Assembly: GCA_022792295.1 (NCBI GenBank)
Contig: JAAWAR010000111.1
Span: 11,447 to 75,446 of the forward strand
Origin: Lachnospiraceae bacterium
GTDB lineage: Bacteria > Bacillota > Clostridia > Lachnospirales > Lachnospiraceae
Direction: 5' to 3'
DNA length: 64,000 nt
Under the pieces are notes generated by a model that was not told the origin of the DNA, ran no database searches, and saw nothing but the letters and a program-made list of their open reading frames with translations. The translations under genes were made by a program, and so were the position numbers. Of this stretch, positions 49,725 to 58,612 are shown one piece after another (within the stretch, counting starts at the first letter, position 1; every line of letters begins with the position of its first letter).

Positions 49725-50804
49725 ATGAACGCATGGGTGCTGCATGGGATCGGGGATATACGGCTTGAGACGGTAAAAAAACCAGAGCCGCAGCCGGGAG
49801 AGGTATTGGTCGCCGTAAAGGCGGCGGGGATCTGTGGCTCAGACATTCCGCGGATCTATCGGACGGGAGCGCATAAGGCCCCGCTGATTCCCGGACATGA
49901 ATTTTCCGGCGTGGTGGAGGAGCTTGGCAAAGGCGTGTCAAAGGAATGGCTGGGAAAGCGGGCCGGCGTATTTCCGCTCATTCCGTGCGGGGCGTGTTCT
50001 CCTTGTAAGAAGCAGCAGTACGAGCTTTGCAGAAGCTATGATTATCTGGGCTCGCGCAGAGACGGGGGCTTTGCGGAGTATGTAACAGTCCCGGTGTGGA
50101 ATCTGATAAAACTGCCGGACGGGGTGTTATACGAGGAAGCCGCGATGCTGGAGCCGATGGCAGTGGCGGCGCATGCGATGCGCAGGGTAAACTTCCTCAA
50201 GGAGCAGAGTGTGGCAGTCTGCGGCCTTGGGACAATCGGGCTGCTGCTTTTGCTGTTTCTCTTGGAAGCGGAGGAGACGGCGGGCTTTGGCGGTTTAGGC
50301 AATGGCAAGAGGATTTTCGCAATCGGGAATAAAGATCTGCAAAAGGAGACGGCCGTACGGCTGGGACTTTCAGAGGAAAATTTCTGCGACAGCCGGATAA
50401 TGGACGTGGAAAGCTGGCTGCTTGAAAGGACATGCGGGGCCGGCGCAGACGTGTTTTTTGAGTGCGTGGGGAAAAATGAAACGGTAAAGCAGGCGGTTGG
50501 CGCTGCCGCCTCGTCGGGACAGGTGGTTCTGGTAGGAAATCCGTATTCGGATATGAAGCTGGAAAAGGATGTGTATTGGAAAATTTTGCGGAATCAGCTC
50601 ACCGTGACCGGCACATGGAATTCGTCGTTTTGGCACAGTCCGGATGACGACTGGCAGTATGCGCTGGAGCGGATTTCGAAAAAGCGGATTCAGCCTGCCG
50701 CATTGCTTACGCACAGCCTGCACATGGAACAGCTGGAACACGGACTGAAGATCATGCGGGATAAGACGGAGGCATTTGTGAAGGTGATGGGGCGGTTTGC
50801 GTAG
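49725..50804 (+). CDS. Zn-dependent alditol-phosphate dehydrogenase (TarJ/GatD-like)
   Basis: GICGSD, GHEFSG, CGACSPC..C, GLGTIG. Confidence 0.88.
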   Translation: MNAWVLHGIGDIRLETVKKPEPQPGEVLVAVKAAGICGSDIPRIYRTGAHKAPLIPGHEFSGVVEELGKGVSKEWLGKRAGVFPLIPCGACSPCKKQQYELCRSYDYLGSRRDGGFAEYVTVPVWNLIKLPDGVLYEEAAMLEPMAVAAHAMRRVNFLKEQSVAVCGLGTIGLLLLLFLLEAEETAGFGGLGNGKRIFAIGNKDLQKETAVRLGLSEENFCDSRIMDVESWLLERTCGAGADVFFECVGKNETVKQAVGAAASSGQVVLVGNPYSDMKLEKDVYWKILRNQLTVTGTWNSSFWHSPDDDWQYALERISKKRIQPAALLTHSLHMEQLEHGLKIMRDKTEAFVKVMGRFA

Positions 50805-50825
50805 AAAAACAGAGCCGCATGTGAG

Positions 50826-50870
50826 AGTTCTGCCCGGCAGTCTGAATGTTACAGGCTGTCGGGCAGGGCT
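50826..50870. terminator. Hairpin between convergent glycan cluster and aroF
   Basis: agttctgcccggcagtctg / caggctgtcgggcagggct inverted repeat. Confidence 0.65.
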
Positions 50871-50879
50871 TTCTGAAAT

Positions 50880-51893
50880 TTATGCCTCAAGCGTTCGGAA
50901 AAACGCTGCGGATTTCGTAAGCTTTTTCATCAAAGTATCAAACATCTGCGGCGTCAGGGACTGAGCGCCGTCGCAGAGCGCTTTTTCTGGGTTGTTGTGG
51001 ACTTCGATCATCAGGCCGTCGGCCCCGGCAGCGATGGCGGCCATGGAGAGCGGCTCCACGAGAGAGCGGATTCCGGCGGCATGGCTCGGGTCAATGACGA
51101 TAGGGAGATGCGTTTTCTGCTTTAAAATCGGGATAGCAGAGATGTCGAGGGTGTTTCTTGTAGAGGTTTCGAAGGTGCGGATGCCGCGCTCGCAGAGAAT
51201 GACCTTTTCGTTTCCACCGGCCATGATGTATTCGGCGCTCATCAAAAGCTCGTCGATCGTATTGGCGAGGCCGCGCTTTAAAAGGATCGGCTTGTCGAGC
51301 CTTCCGAGTTCCTTTAAAAGCTCAAAGTTCTGCATGTTGCGTGCGCCTACCTGGATGACATCAACATCAGCAAAGAGCGGGAGATGGGCCGGGCTCATGA
51401 TCTCCGTCACGACCGGGAGACCGGAGGCACGCTTGGCTTCAAGAAGCAGGTCGAGGCCCTGCTCATGAAGGCCCTGGAATGCATACGGGGAGGTCCTTGG
51501 TTTGAACGCGCCGCCGCGCAGCAGATGCGCGCCGGAGCGCTTGACATCCATGGCGACGCCGGTGATCTGCTCTTTTGTCTCGATGGAGCAGGGGCCGGCG
51601 ATGACCTGGAAATTGCCGCCGCCGATTTTTTGGCCGCAGATGTCAATGACAGTATCTTCCGGGTGCATGGACCGGTTCGCTTTTTTGTAGGGTTCCCGGA
51701 TGCGCCGAACGCTTTCGACGACATCCAGAGCCCTGAACGAGTCTTCGTGAAGGGATGAGGTGTCTCCGATCAGGCCGATAAAAGAGGCCTCGATTCCGTC
51801 GGACAGGTGCAGTTTAAAGCCGCGTTTGATGAGATTTTGTTTCAGTTCCTCGACCTTTTTTGGATTTGCGTTTTGTTTTAAGATGATAATCAT
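50880..51893 (-). CDS. aroF: DAHP synthase (type I-beta, N-terminal regulatory domain)
   Basis: IAGPCSIE, GGAFKPRTSPY, GARNMQNF, CERGIR, DPSH. Confidence 0.95.
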   Translation of the reverse strand: MIIILKQNANPKKVEELKQNLIKRGFKLHLSDGIEASFIGLIGDTSSLHEDSFRALDVVESVRRIREPYKKANRSMHPEDTVIDICGQKIGGGNFQVIAGPCSIETKEQITGVAMDVKRSGAHLLRGGAFKPRTSPYAFQGLHEQGLDLLLEAKRASGLPVVTEIMSPAHLPLFADVDVIQVGARNMQNFELLKELGRLDKPILLKRGLANTIDELLMSAEYIMAGGNEKVILCERGIRTFETSTRNTLDISAIPILKQKTHLPIVIDPSHAAGIRSLVEPLSMAAIAAGADGLMIEVHNNPEKALCDGAQSLTPQMFDTLMKKLTKSAAFFRTLEA

Positions 51894-52032
51894 GTTGTTT
51901 ACTCCTTTCGCTGGTACGCAGCAGACCGCCTTTATGGGAACTTTGCATTCCGTCAGGCCAAAACCGTGTACAGCCTTGGCCTGTCAGGGCCTTTTGCCTT
52001 ATTGCATAGGCCAAAGGATTTTCCCATAAGAC

Positions 52033-52063
52033 AAAAAAACGGCGTTTGCTGCTGCAAACGCCG
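52033..52063 (-). terminator. Attenuator terminator upstream of aroF
   Basis: CGGCGTTTGC-AGCA-GCAAACGCCG perfect 10-bp stem followed by T7. Confidence 0.9.
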
Positions 52064-52090
52064 GCTCCCGGTTTCGTGACGGTATGGGAC

Positions 52091-52210
52091 TTACAGTGCC
52101 CCGGTCCGGAGTGGTTCGTCTTTGCAGCAGAAAAAGCCCGCGCCGTAAGAATAGCCCGGATAATAAAAGAAGAAATTGTTGTCAGCGAAATGGTTCTTCT
52201 TTGGATTCAT
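52091..52210 (-). CDS. aroF leader peptide (39 aa, Phe/Tyr-rich)
   Basis: MNPKKNHFADNNFFFYYPGYSYGAGFFCCKDEPLRTGAL*; AGGAG RBS; lies between promoter and terminator. Confidence 0.8.
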   Translation of the reverse strand: MNPKKNHFADNNFFFYYPGYSYGAGFFCCKDEPLRTGAL

Positions 52211-52241
52211 GTCTGCCTTACACTCCTTTTTTCTGGTGTTT

Positions 52242-52270
52242 ATCATAACGCTTCTAAATGGATTTGTCAA
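52242..52270 (-). promoter_or_regulatory. sigmaA promoter of aroF leader
   Basis: TTGACA-N17-TATGAT. Confidence 0.8.
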
Positions 52271-52362
52271 CAGGTAAATTTACCAATTTAAAGCGCAACG
52301 CTTTTAATCGGTAACAATTCAGATGAAAAACACAAAAGGAATCCGCCAAGGAGGGGCGAGCC

Positions 52363-53244
52363 TTAAGATTCAGTAAAGTATGCCTGTTTTACCAAAGAAA
52401 CCGGCATCTGTTTTCCGGTCCAAAGGCGGAAGGCCTCGGCTCCCTGGTAAAGAAGCATATAGAAGCCGTTGAAACAGGGATTGCCGTTTTCACGGGCAGT
52501 CTTAAGGAGCAGGGTCTCCTGCGGATTGTAAATGATGTCAGAGACGATGAGACCGTCCGGAAAGAGGGCTGCATCGGGGATCGGGCTGGCATTCTCGTTG
52601 GGAGCCATACCGACGGAGGTCGCGTTGGTTAAGATCTGGCTGTCGGAGAGCTCTGCGCGCAGCGCCTCCTCATCGGCATAGTCGCACAGCTTGATTTTAC
52701 AGGCGGTTCGCTCTCTAAGCATCTCGGCAGTCCGCTCTGCGCGCGCAAAAAAGCGGCTTTCCCTGCGCAGAAAGACGGAGATCTCTGCTGCACCGTCTAA
52801 GGCGGCCTGCACCCAGATCGCGGTAGCCGCACCGCCGGCGCCGAGAAGTGTCATTTTTTTGCCGATGATGGAATACCCAGCATCAAGGACGGAGAGCATG
52901 TAGCCGGTTCCATCGGTGTTATGGCCGGTGAGCCTGCCGTCCTCATCAATAACGACCGTGTTGACCGCCTGTGTAATGCGGGCAGCGGGGGAGAGCTCGT
53001 CACAGAGGGAGACCATCTTGTTTTTATTGGGCATAGTAAGATTAAACCCCTTTGCGCCCAGGGCCTTCAGCCCTTCGACGGCGCCGGGCAGCTCGTCCTC
53101 CCCGACTTCAAACGCCAGATAAACGGCGTCGATGCCGTTTGCGCGAAAGGAGAGATTGTGCATGGCAGGGGAGATACTGTGGGAGGCTGGTTTCCCCAGG
53201 AGGCCATATAAGGCAGTATGGCCGGTGATTGGGATCTGATTCAT
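52363..53244 (-). CDS. aroE: Shikimate dehydrogenase
   Basis: HSISPAMHN, NLTMPNK, AVNT, HNTDG, GAGGAA, MLLYQG. Confidence 0.95.
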   Translation of the reverse strand: MNQIPITGHTALYGLLGKPASHSISPAMHNLSFRANGIDAVYLAFEVGEDELPGAVEGLKALGAKGFNLTMPNKNKMVSLCDELSPAARITQAVNTVVIDEDGRLTGHNTDGTGYMLSVLDAGYSIIGKKMTLLGAGGAATAIWVQAALDGAAEISVFLRRESRFFARAERTAEMLRERTACKIKLCDYADEEALRAELSDSQILTNATSVGMAPNENASPIPDAALFPDGLIVSDIIYNPQETLLLKTARENGNPCFNGFYMLLYQGAEAFRLWTGKQMPVSLVKQAYFTES

Positions 53245-53427
53245 GAGATTTCTCCTGAAAATTTGATTTTTAATTTTGCATAGCTCCGATTTTTTCCATT
53301 ATAGCAGGCGTTCGGGACGATTGCAATGGCGGTTTTTTTCTGCTATACTGGGAAAGCAGACCGGCTGCTCCTATTGTAGGAGCGGCGGTAACAGGAAAGG
53401 ACGAATGACAGAAAAGGACGGGAGACA

Positions 53428-53952
53428 ATGAAACTGGAGCAGACGATTTTTTTGATCGGCTTTATGGGCTGCGGAAAGAGTACAAATGCAGTCTGTCTGG
53501 CCGGGCTTACGGATACGGCGCGTGTGGAAATGGACGAGGAGATAGCAAAGGAGCAGGGAATGGCGATTCCCAGACTGTTTGAGATTTACGGCGAGGAGCA
53601 TTTCCGTAATCTGGAGACAGAGTTTTTAAGGCGGCTTCTGACACAAAAGCCGCGTATTGTTTCCTGCGGCGGCGGGGCAGCCCTGCGGGAGGAAAATGTG
53701 AAGCTCATGAAACGGATGGGAAAAATCGTTCTCCTGACAGCGAGCCCAAAGACCGTACATGAGCGGTTAAAAGGCGGAGAAGGCCGCCCGGCCCTGGGAG
53801 GCCGCGCAGATGTGGGACATATCGCCGAGCTTATGGAAAACCGCCGGGCGCGCTATGAGGCGGCGGCAGATTTTGCCGTTGCAACCGACGGGCGCAGCAT
53901 GGAGGAGATCTGTGCGGAGATCTTAAGACGGGTATGCGGGGAAAACGGATGA
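53428..53952 (+). CDS. aroK: Shikimate kinase
   Basis: GFMGCGKST, GEEHFRNLE, SCGGG, RP. Confidence 0.95.
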   Translation: MKLEQTIFLIGFMGCGKSTNAVCLAGLTDTARVEMDEEIAKEQGMAIPRLFEIYGEEHFRNLETEFLRRLLTQKPRIVSCGGGAALREENVKLMKRMGKIVLLTASPKTVHERLKGGEGRPALGGRADVGHIAELMENRRARYEAAADFAVATDGRSMEEICAEILRRVCGENG

Positions 53953-56726
53953 AACGGCTGGTAATGGGGATTCTTGCGCACGTGGACGCAGGAAAGACTA
54001 CGCTCTGTGAGGGGATTTTGTATACGACGGGAACGATTCGGAAGCTCGGCCGTGTGGACAGCCGTGATGCGTTTCTGGATACGTACGCGCTGGAGCGGGT
54101 GCGGGGGATCACGATTTTTTCAAAGCAGGCCGTATTTTCGCTCGGGGATATGTCTGTGACGCTCCTTGACACGCCGGGCCATGTGGATTTTTCGGCGGAG
54201 ATGGAGAGAACCCTGCAGGTGTTGGATTATGCCGTCCTGGTGATTAATGGGGCTGACGGAGTGCAGGGCCATACAGAGACATTATGGCGGCTCTTAAAGC
54301 GCTATCGGATTCCGGTGTTTATATTTGTCAACAAGATGGACCAGGCGGGGACAGATAGGGAATATCTGCTCGCTGAACTGAAAAGACGATTTGGTGAGGC
54401 GGTTGTAGATTTTACCGGCCTTGCAGAACAACTGGCCGGGGAGGAGCTAAAGGCCGGCGGGGCGGTTTCTTCGGAGCGCTTGGAGGAGCTTTCTTTGTGC
54501 GGCGAGGCACTTCTGGAGGAATATCTGGAACGGGAAAGTCTTTCTCTGCGGCAGCTTAAGAGCTGCATCAAGGAGCGCAGGCTGTTTCCCTGCTATTTCG
54601 GGTCAGCGCTTAAACTGACCGGTGTGGACGAATTTTTAAAAGGGATCGAAGTATTTGCGGCTTGCCCGGCATATGAAGAAGCTTTTGGCGCGAAGGTATT
54701 TAAGATCTCACGGGACGGGCAGGGAAGCAGGCTCACACACATGAAAATCACGGGCGGGGTTCTTAAAGTAAAGGAGCAGCTTGGCGGACCGGATGGGGAA
54801 AAGATCAACCAGCTTCGTATCTATTCAGGCGCAAAGTTTGAGACGGCGGCCGAGGCCGGTGCGGGCATGATCTGTGCGGCGGCCGGTCCTGTAAAGACAA
54901 GGCCGGGGCAGGGCTTTGGGGCGGAGGCTGCATCGGAGCAGCCGCTTTTAGAGCCGGTTCTGACGTATCAGGTCGTGCTTCCTGCCGGTCTGGATGTGCA
55001 TACGGCGTTAAAGGCGCTTCGCGAACTCGAGGAGGAAGATCCGCTGCTTTATATCATCTGGGATGAGGCGTTAGGCGAGCTGCAGGCCAAGGTGATGGGG
55101 GATGTGCAGATGGAAATTTTAAAGAGCCAGATGAAGGAACGCTTTGGCATGGAGATCGGCTTCGGAAGCGGGAGCATTGTATATAAAGAAACGATTCGGA
55201 AGGCGGCAGAGGGCGTGGGACATTTTGAACCGCTGCGCCACTATGCGGAGGTGCATCTTTTGCTGGAGCCGGGCGAGCCGGGGAGCGGGCTGCAGTTTGA
55301 GACAGCCTGCAGCGAGGACATGCTGGACAGGAACTGGCAGCGGCTTATTCTGACCCATCTGGAGGAGAAACGGCACCGCGGAGTGCTGACCGGCTCAGAG
55401 ATCACAGATATGAAAATTACGTTGATTGCCGGCCGTGCGCATATAAAGCATACGGAGGGCGGTGATTTCAGGCAGGCTACGTACCGGGCCGTGCGTCAGG
55501 GCCTCATGGAGGCGGGCTGCAGGCTTTTGGAACCCTTTTATTCCTTTCGGCTGGAGATCCCTTCTGAGTCGCTTGGCCGTGCGATGGCGGATATGGAACG
55601 TATGCAGGGGAACTTTGCGCCGCCCGTTCAGGAGGGGGATACGGCGACTCTCACGGGAAGCGCTCCGGTGGCTGCGATGCGGGATTACCAGAGAGAGGTG
55701 GCGGCCTACACGAGGGGCCGTGGAAGGCTTTTTTGCAGTTTAAAGGGCTACGAGCCATGCCGGAACGAGGAGGAGGCCGTAGCGAAGATCGGGTATGATT
55801 TCGACTTGGACCTGCAGAACCCGGCAGGCTCAGTCTTTTGTGCACATGGGGCAGGCTTTACGGTCCCATGGAACGAGGTCAAACGGCACATGCATGTGGA
55901 AAGTCCGCTAAAGAGGAGCCAGGGGCAGGCCGCCTCTTTGGCGCGCGTCGATGACGGCCATGTGCCTGCAAAAGCCTCGGGGGGCCGTTTTGGGGCAGGG
56001 CTGTCTGCGGGGAGCCGTGCCGCGCGGGGTGTATCTGCACACGATGAGGAGAAGGAGCTTGAGGAGATTTTTATCCGCACCTACGGAGAACAGAAGCGCA
56101 GAAATCCACCGGAGGCGGCAAGACGGATCATCCGGGCGGAAAAGCCTGCGGCTTTGAAAAAGAACACGGATGAGGAGACGGACCCCGAGGAAGAATATCT
56201 TCTTGTAGACGGTTATAATATTATCTTTGCCTGGGAAGAACTGCAGGCCCTTGCAGAGACAAATATAGACGGCGCGCGATACCGGCTCATGGATATTCTC
56301 TGTAATTACCAGGCGTATCGCCGGTGTACCCTGATCGTAGTTTTTGACGCGTATAAGGTGGTTGGGGGAATCGGTGAGGCTTTAAAGTATCACAACATTC
56401 ACGTGGTCTATACAAAGGAGGCCGAGACGGCGGACCAATACATCGAGAAGCTGGCTCACAAGATCGGCAGACGCTGCCGGGTCACGGTCGCCACGTCGGA
56501 TGGACTGGAGCAGCTTATTATTCGGGGGCAGGGCTGTGTGCTCCTTTCCGCCGGCGATTTAAAGGAGGAGGTAGAGCGCGTCCGCCGGCTCATCGAGACG
56601 GAAAAGGGCCGGCATACCGGACGCGGGACAAACTATCTCCTGTCCCATGCCGACGAGGAGACGAGAGAGTATTTGGAACGGGTACGCCTCGGGGAGGGGC
56701 GTGCAAAAAACGGTTCCAATAAATGA
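53949..56726 (+). CDS. EF-G/TetM-like translational GTPase fused to a C-terminal YacP/NYN RNase domain
   Basis: AHVDAGKTT, RGITI, DTPGHVDF, NKMD; C-terminal LLVDGYNII, VVFDAY, ETADQYIE, VATSD. Confidence 0.9.
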   Translation: MKRLVMGILAHVDAGKTTLCEGILYTTGTIRKLGRVDSRDAFLDTYALERVRGITIFSKQAVFSLGDMSVTLLDTPGHVDFSAEMERTLQVLDYAVLVINGADGVQGHTETLWRLLKRYRIPVFIFVNKMDQAGTDREYLLAELKRRFGEAVVDFTGLAEQLAGEELKAGGAVSSERLEELSLCGEALLEEYLERESLSLRQLKSCIKERRLFPCYFGSALKLTGVDEFLKGIEVFAACPAYEEAFGAKVFKISRDGQGSRLTHMKITGGVLKVKEQLGGPDGEKINQLRIYSGAKFETAAEAGAGMICAAAGPVKTRPGQGFGAEAASEQPLLEPVLTYQVVLPAGLDVHTALKALRELEEEDPLLYIIWDEALGELQAKVMGDVQMEILKSQMKERFGMEIGFGSGSIVYKETIRKAAEGVGHFEPLRHYAEVHLLLEPGEPGSGLQFETACSEDMLDRNWQRLILTHLEEKRHRGVLTGSEITDMKITLIAGRAHIKHTEGGDFRQATYRAVRQGLMEAGCRLLEPFYSFRLEIPSESLGRAMADMERMQGNFAPPVQEGDTATLTGSAPVAAMRDYQREVAAYTRGRGRLFCSLKGYEPCRNEEEAVAKIGYDFDLDLQNPAGSVFCAHGAGFTVPWNEVKRHMHVESPLKRSQGQAASLARVDDGHVPAKASGGRFGAGLSAGSRAARGVSAHDEEKELEEIFIRTYGEQKRRNPPEAARRIIRAEKPAALKKNTDEETDPEEEYLLVDGYNIIFAWEELQALAETNIDGARYRLMDILCNYQAYRRCTLIVVFDAYKVVGGIGEALKYHNIHVVYTKEAETADQYIEKLAHKIGRRCRVTVATSDGLEQLIIRGQGCVLLSAGDLKEEVERVRRLIETEKGRHTGRGTNYLLSHADEETREYLERVRLGEGRAKNGSNK

Positions 56727-56758
56727 AAAAATGATGCTGCCATAACAGAAATTGGAAC

Positions 56759-56787
56759 TTGAAAAACAGGAACATCTGCGCTATAAT
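56759..56787 (+). promoter_or_regulatory. sigmaA promoter for ncRNA locus
   Basis: TTGAAA-N17-TATAAT with no credible CDS for about 540 bp downstream. Confidence 0.75.
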
Positions 56788-56807
56788 AGAGCAAGAAGAA
56801 ATAAAGT

Positions 56808-56998
56808 GTAATAGTTCAGACAGGTCTGCGCATTTTCTGCGCTGCCTGCAAGACATTGTACCCTTTGGGTAAAGCGTAAAAAAGCAGGCGGGAATCCTTT
56901 TTCGCGTTGTTAAAAACGGCGCCACCGGTGCTTTGAGCAGCGATTGGCAGTTCAAGATGGATTTTTGCCTGCGGCAGTGAAGGTATCTGAACTGTTAC
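56808..56998 (+). ncRNA. Rod-shaped 6S-like RNA (candidate second copy)
   Basis: 5' gtaatagttcaga pairs with 3' tctgaactgttac; inner ctgcc/ggcag and cattt/agatg pairs; gccacc...gttcaa motif. Confidence 0.5.
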
Positions 56999-57010
56999 CG
57001 TGAATCAGAC

Positions 57011-57190
57011 GTGATTCCTGAGATGTTCGATACTCCTGTTTATTTTGAACCTACATTATGACGAAGGGGATTCCTATATTTTTAGGCGGATGTCAGGCCT
57101 CCTTTTGAGTGGAAGGCAGAAGTCTAAGTGCGGTTGCCCACCTAGCAAGGCTAGGAGTCAATTATGCAGGAACCGGCATTTTGGGATTGC
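57011..57190 (+). ncRNA. ssrS: 6S RNA
   Basis: About 180-nt rod: gtgattcctgagatgttcg pairs with cggcattttgggattgc; cctg/cagg and ttga/tcaa inner helices; cccacct motif as in firmicute 6S RNAs. Confidence 0.72.
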
Positions 57191-57329
57191 GAAAGATAAA
57201 AGCAGCGAGAAATCGCTGCTTTCTTCTATATATGTTCTCTTTTTCAGTTACCCTCTTTTTTATTGGACAAAAGTATGATAGTATAAGAATCAAAGATGAT
57301 TTGGCGAAGGAGAGGTTTGAAAAAAGAAC

Positions 57330-58604
57330 ATGAGGGACCATCGTTTTGACAGATATATTTATATGGGTATGACGGCAATACTGGTTATTCTTGCGGCCAC
57401 GCTGGTAATTTTCGGCTTCCTGGAACGTGCTTCCGTCGCGTCAGCGGGAAAGAAGATTTTAACAGTCCTGGCCCCGGTCATTTACGGAGCCGTGCTTACC
57501 TTCTTACTGTGCCCTGTCTATAATCTGGGCGGAGCCTGCACCAGGCATTTTTTGGGAACCAGAGTAAAAAATGGGAGACTCCTCCATGTGGCGGAGCGAA
57601 TCATAGGAACCGTTTTAAGCCTCGTGTTTCTGTGGGCGGTCATCTCCAGCCTTTTACAGCTTGTGATTCCCCAGATTTATACGAGTATTATCGGAATCGT
57701 AAATATGATGCCGGTGTACGTCCAGAATATTCAAAGATGGATCGAGGATATTTTTGCAAACAACCAAAATCTGGAGCAGATGGCGCTTTCTTATTATCAG
57801 CAGGCGGTCGCGTATTTCCAAAGCTGGGCCGGTGAGAATCTGATTCCCAGTCTCCAGAATTTTCAGAATCCGGAGAGCTGGAAAGGGCTTGAGAAAATTG
57901 TCGGCGGTGTTTCGAGCGGCGTCATGGGCGTTTATAATCTGGCAAAAAATCTGCTGATCGGCCTGATCGTTATGATCTACCTGCTAAACATCAAGGATAC
58001 GCTGACAGCGCAGTCAAAGAAGATGATCTATGCCTTCCTGCCCCTGCGCTATGCCAATGCGACGGTTGATGAGTTTCGCTATATCCACAGAGTATTTTCG
58101 GGCTTCATCATCGGCAAACTGATTGATTCTTTGATCATCGGCGTGCTCTGTTTTGTCCTGATGTCGATCTGCAAAATGCCGTTTGAACTTTTGATCAGTG
58201 TGATTATCGGCGTGACGAATATCGTTCCGTTTTTCGGCCCGTTTATCGGGGCGATTCCGAGCGCCGTGCTGGTTTTTTTGATCAGCCCCCTTCAATGCGT
58301 GTATTTTATCCTGCTGATCCTGGCTCTGCAGCAGTTTGACGGCAACATCCTGGGGCCCAAAATTCTGGGAAATTCCACGGGCCTTTCAAGCTTCTGGGTC
58401 CTGTTTTCCATTTTGCTGTTTGGAGGTCTTTTCGGCTTTGGAGGCATGATTGTCGCGGTTCCGCTGATGGCAGTGATTTTTGATCTGTTTTCCAAGTGCC
58501 AATACCATTTCCTGCGAAAGAAAAAGCTGTCGCCGGACACGCGTGATTATATGGAGCTGCTAAGGATTGACGAGAAGACGGGAAATTATATCAGTCATGA
58601 ATAA
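57330..58604 (+). CDS. AI-2E family transporter
   Basis: GKLIDSLIIG, TNIVPFFGPFIG, QQFDGNILGPKILG. Confidence 0.93.
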   Translation: MRDHRFDRYIYMGMTAILVILAATLVIFGFLERASVASAGKKILTVLAPVIYGAVLTFLLCPVYNLGGACTRHFLGTRVKNGRLLHVAERIIGTVLSLVFLWAVISSLLQLVIPQIYTSIIGIVNMMPVYVQNIQRWIEDIFANNQNLEQMALSYYQQAVAYFQSWAGENLIPSLQNFQNPESWKGLEKIVGGVSSGVMGVYNLAKNLLIGLIVMIYLLNIKDTLTAQSKKMIYAFLPLRYANATVDEFRYIHRVFSGFIIGKLIDSLIIGVLCFVLMSICKMPFELLISVIIGVTNIVPFFGPFIGAIPSAVLVFLISPLQCVYFILLILALQQFDGNILGPKILGNSTGLSSFWVLFSILLFGGLFGFGGMIVAVPLMAVIFDLFSKCQYHFLRKKKLSPDTRDYMELLRIDEKTGNYISHE

Positions 58605-58612
58605 GAGGGAAT

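Noticed and set aside
53949-56726. tet(M)/tet(W) resistance gene
   Set aside because: About 925 aa with an NYN fusion, coupled to aroK, no mobile context
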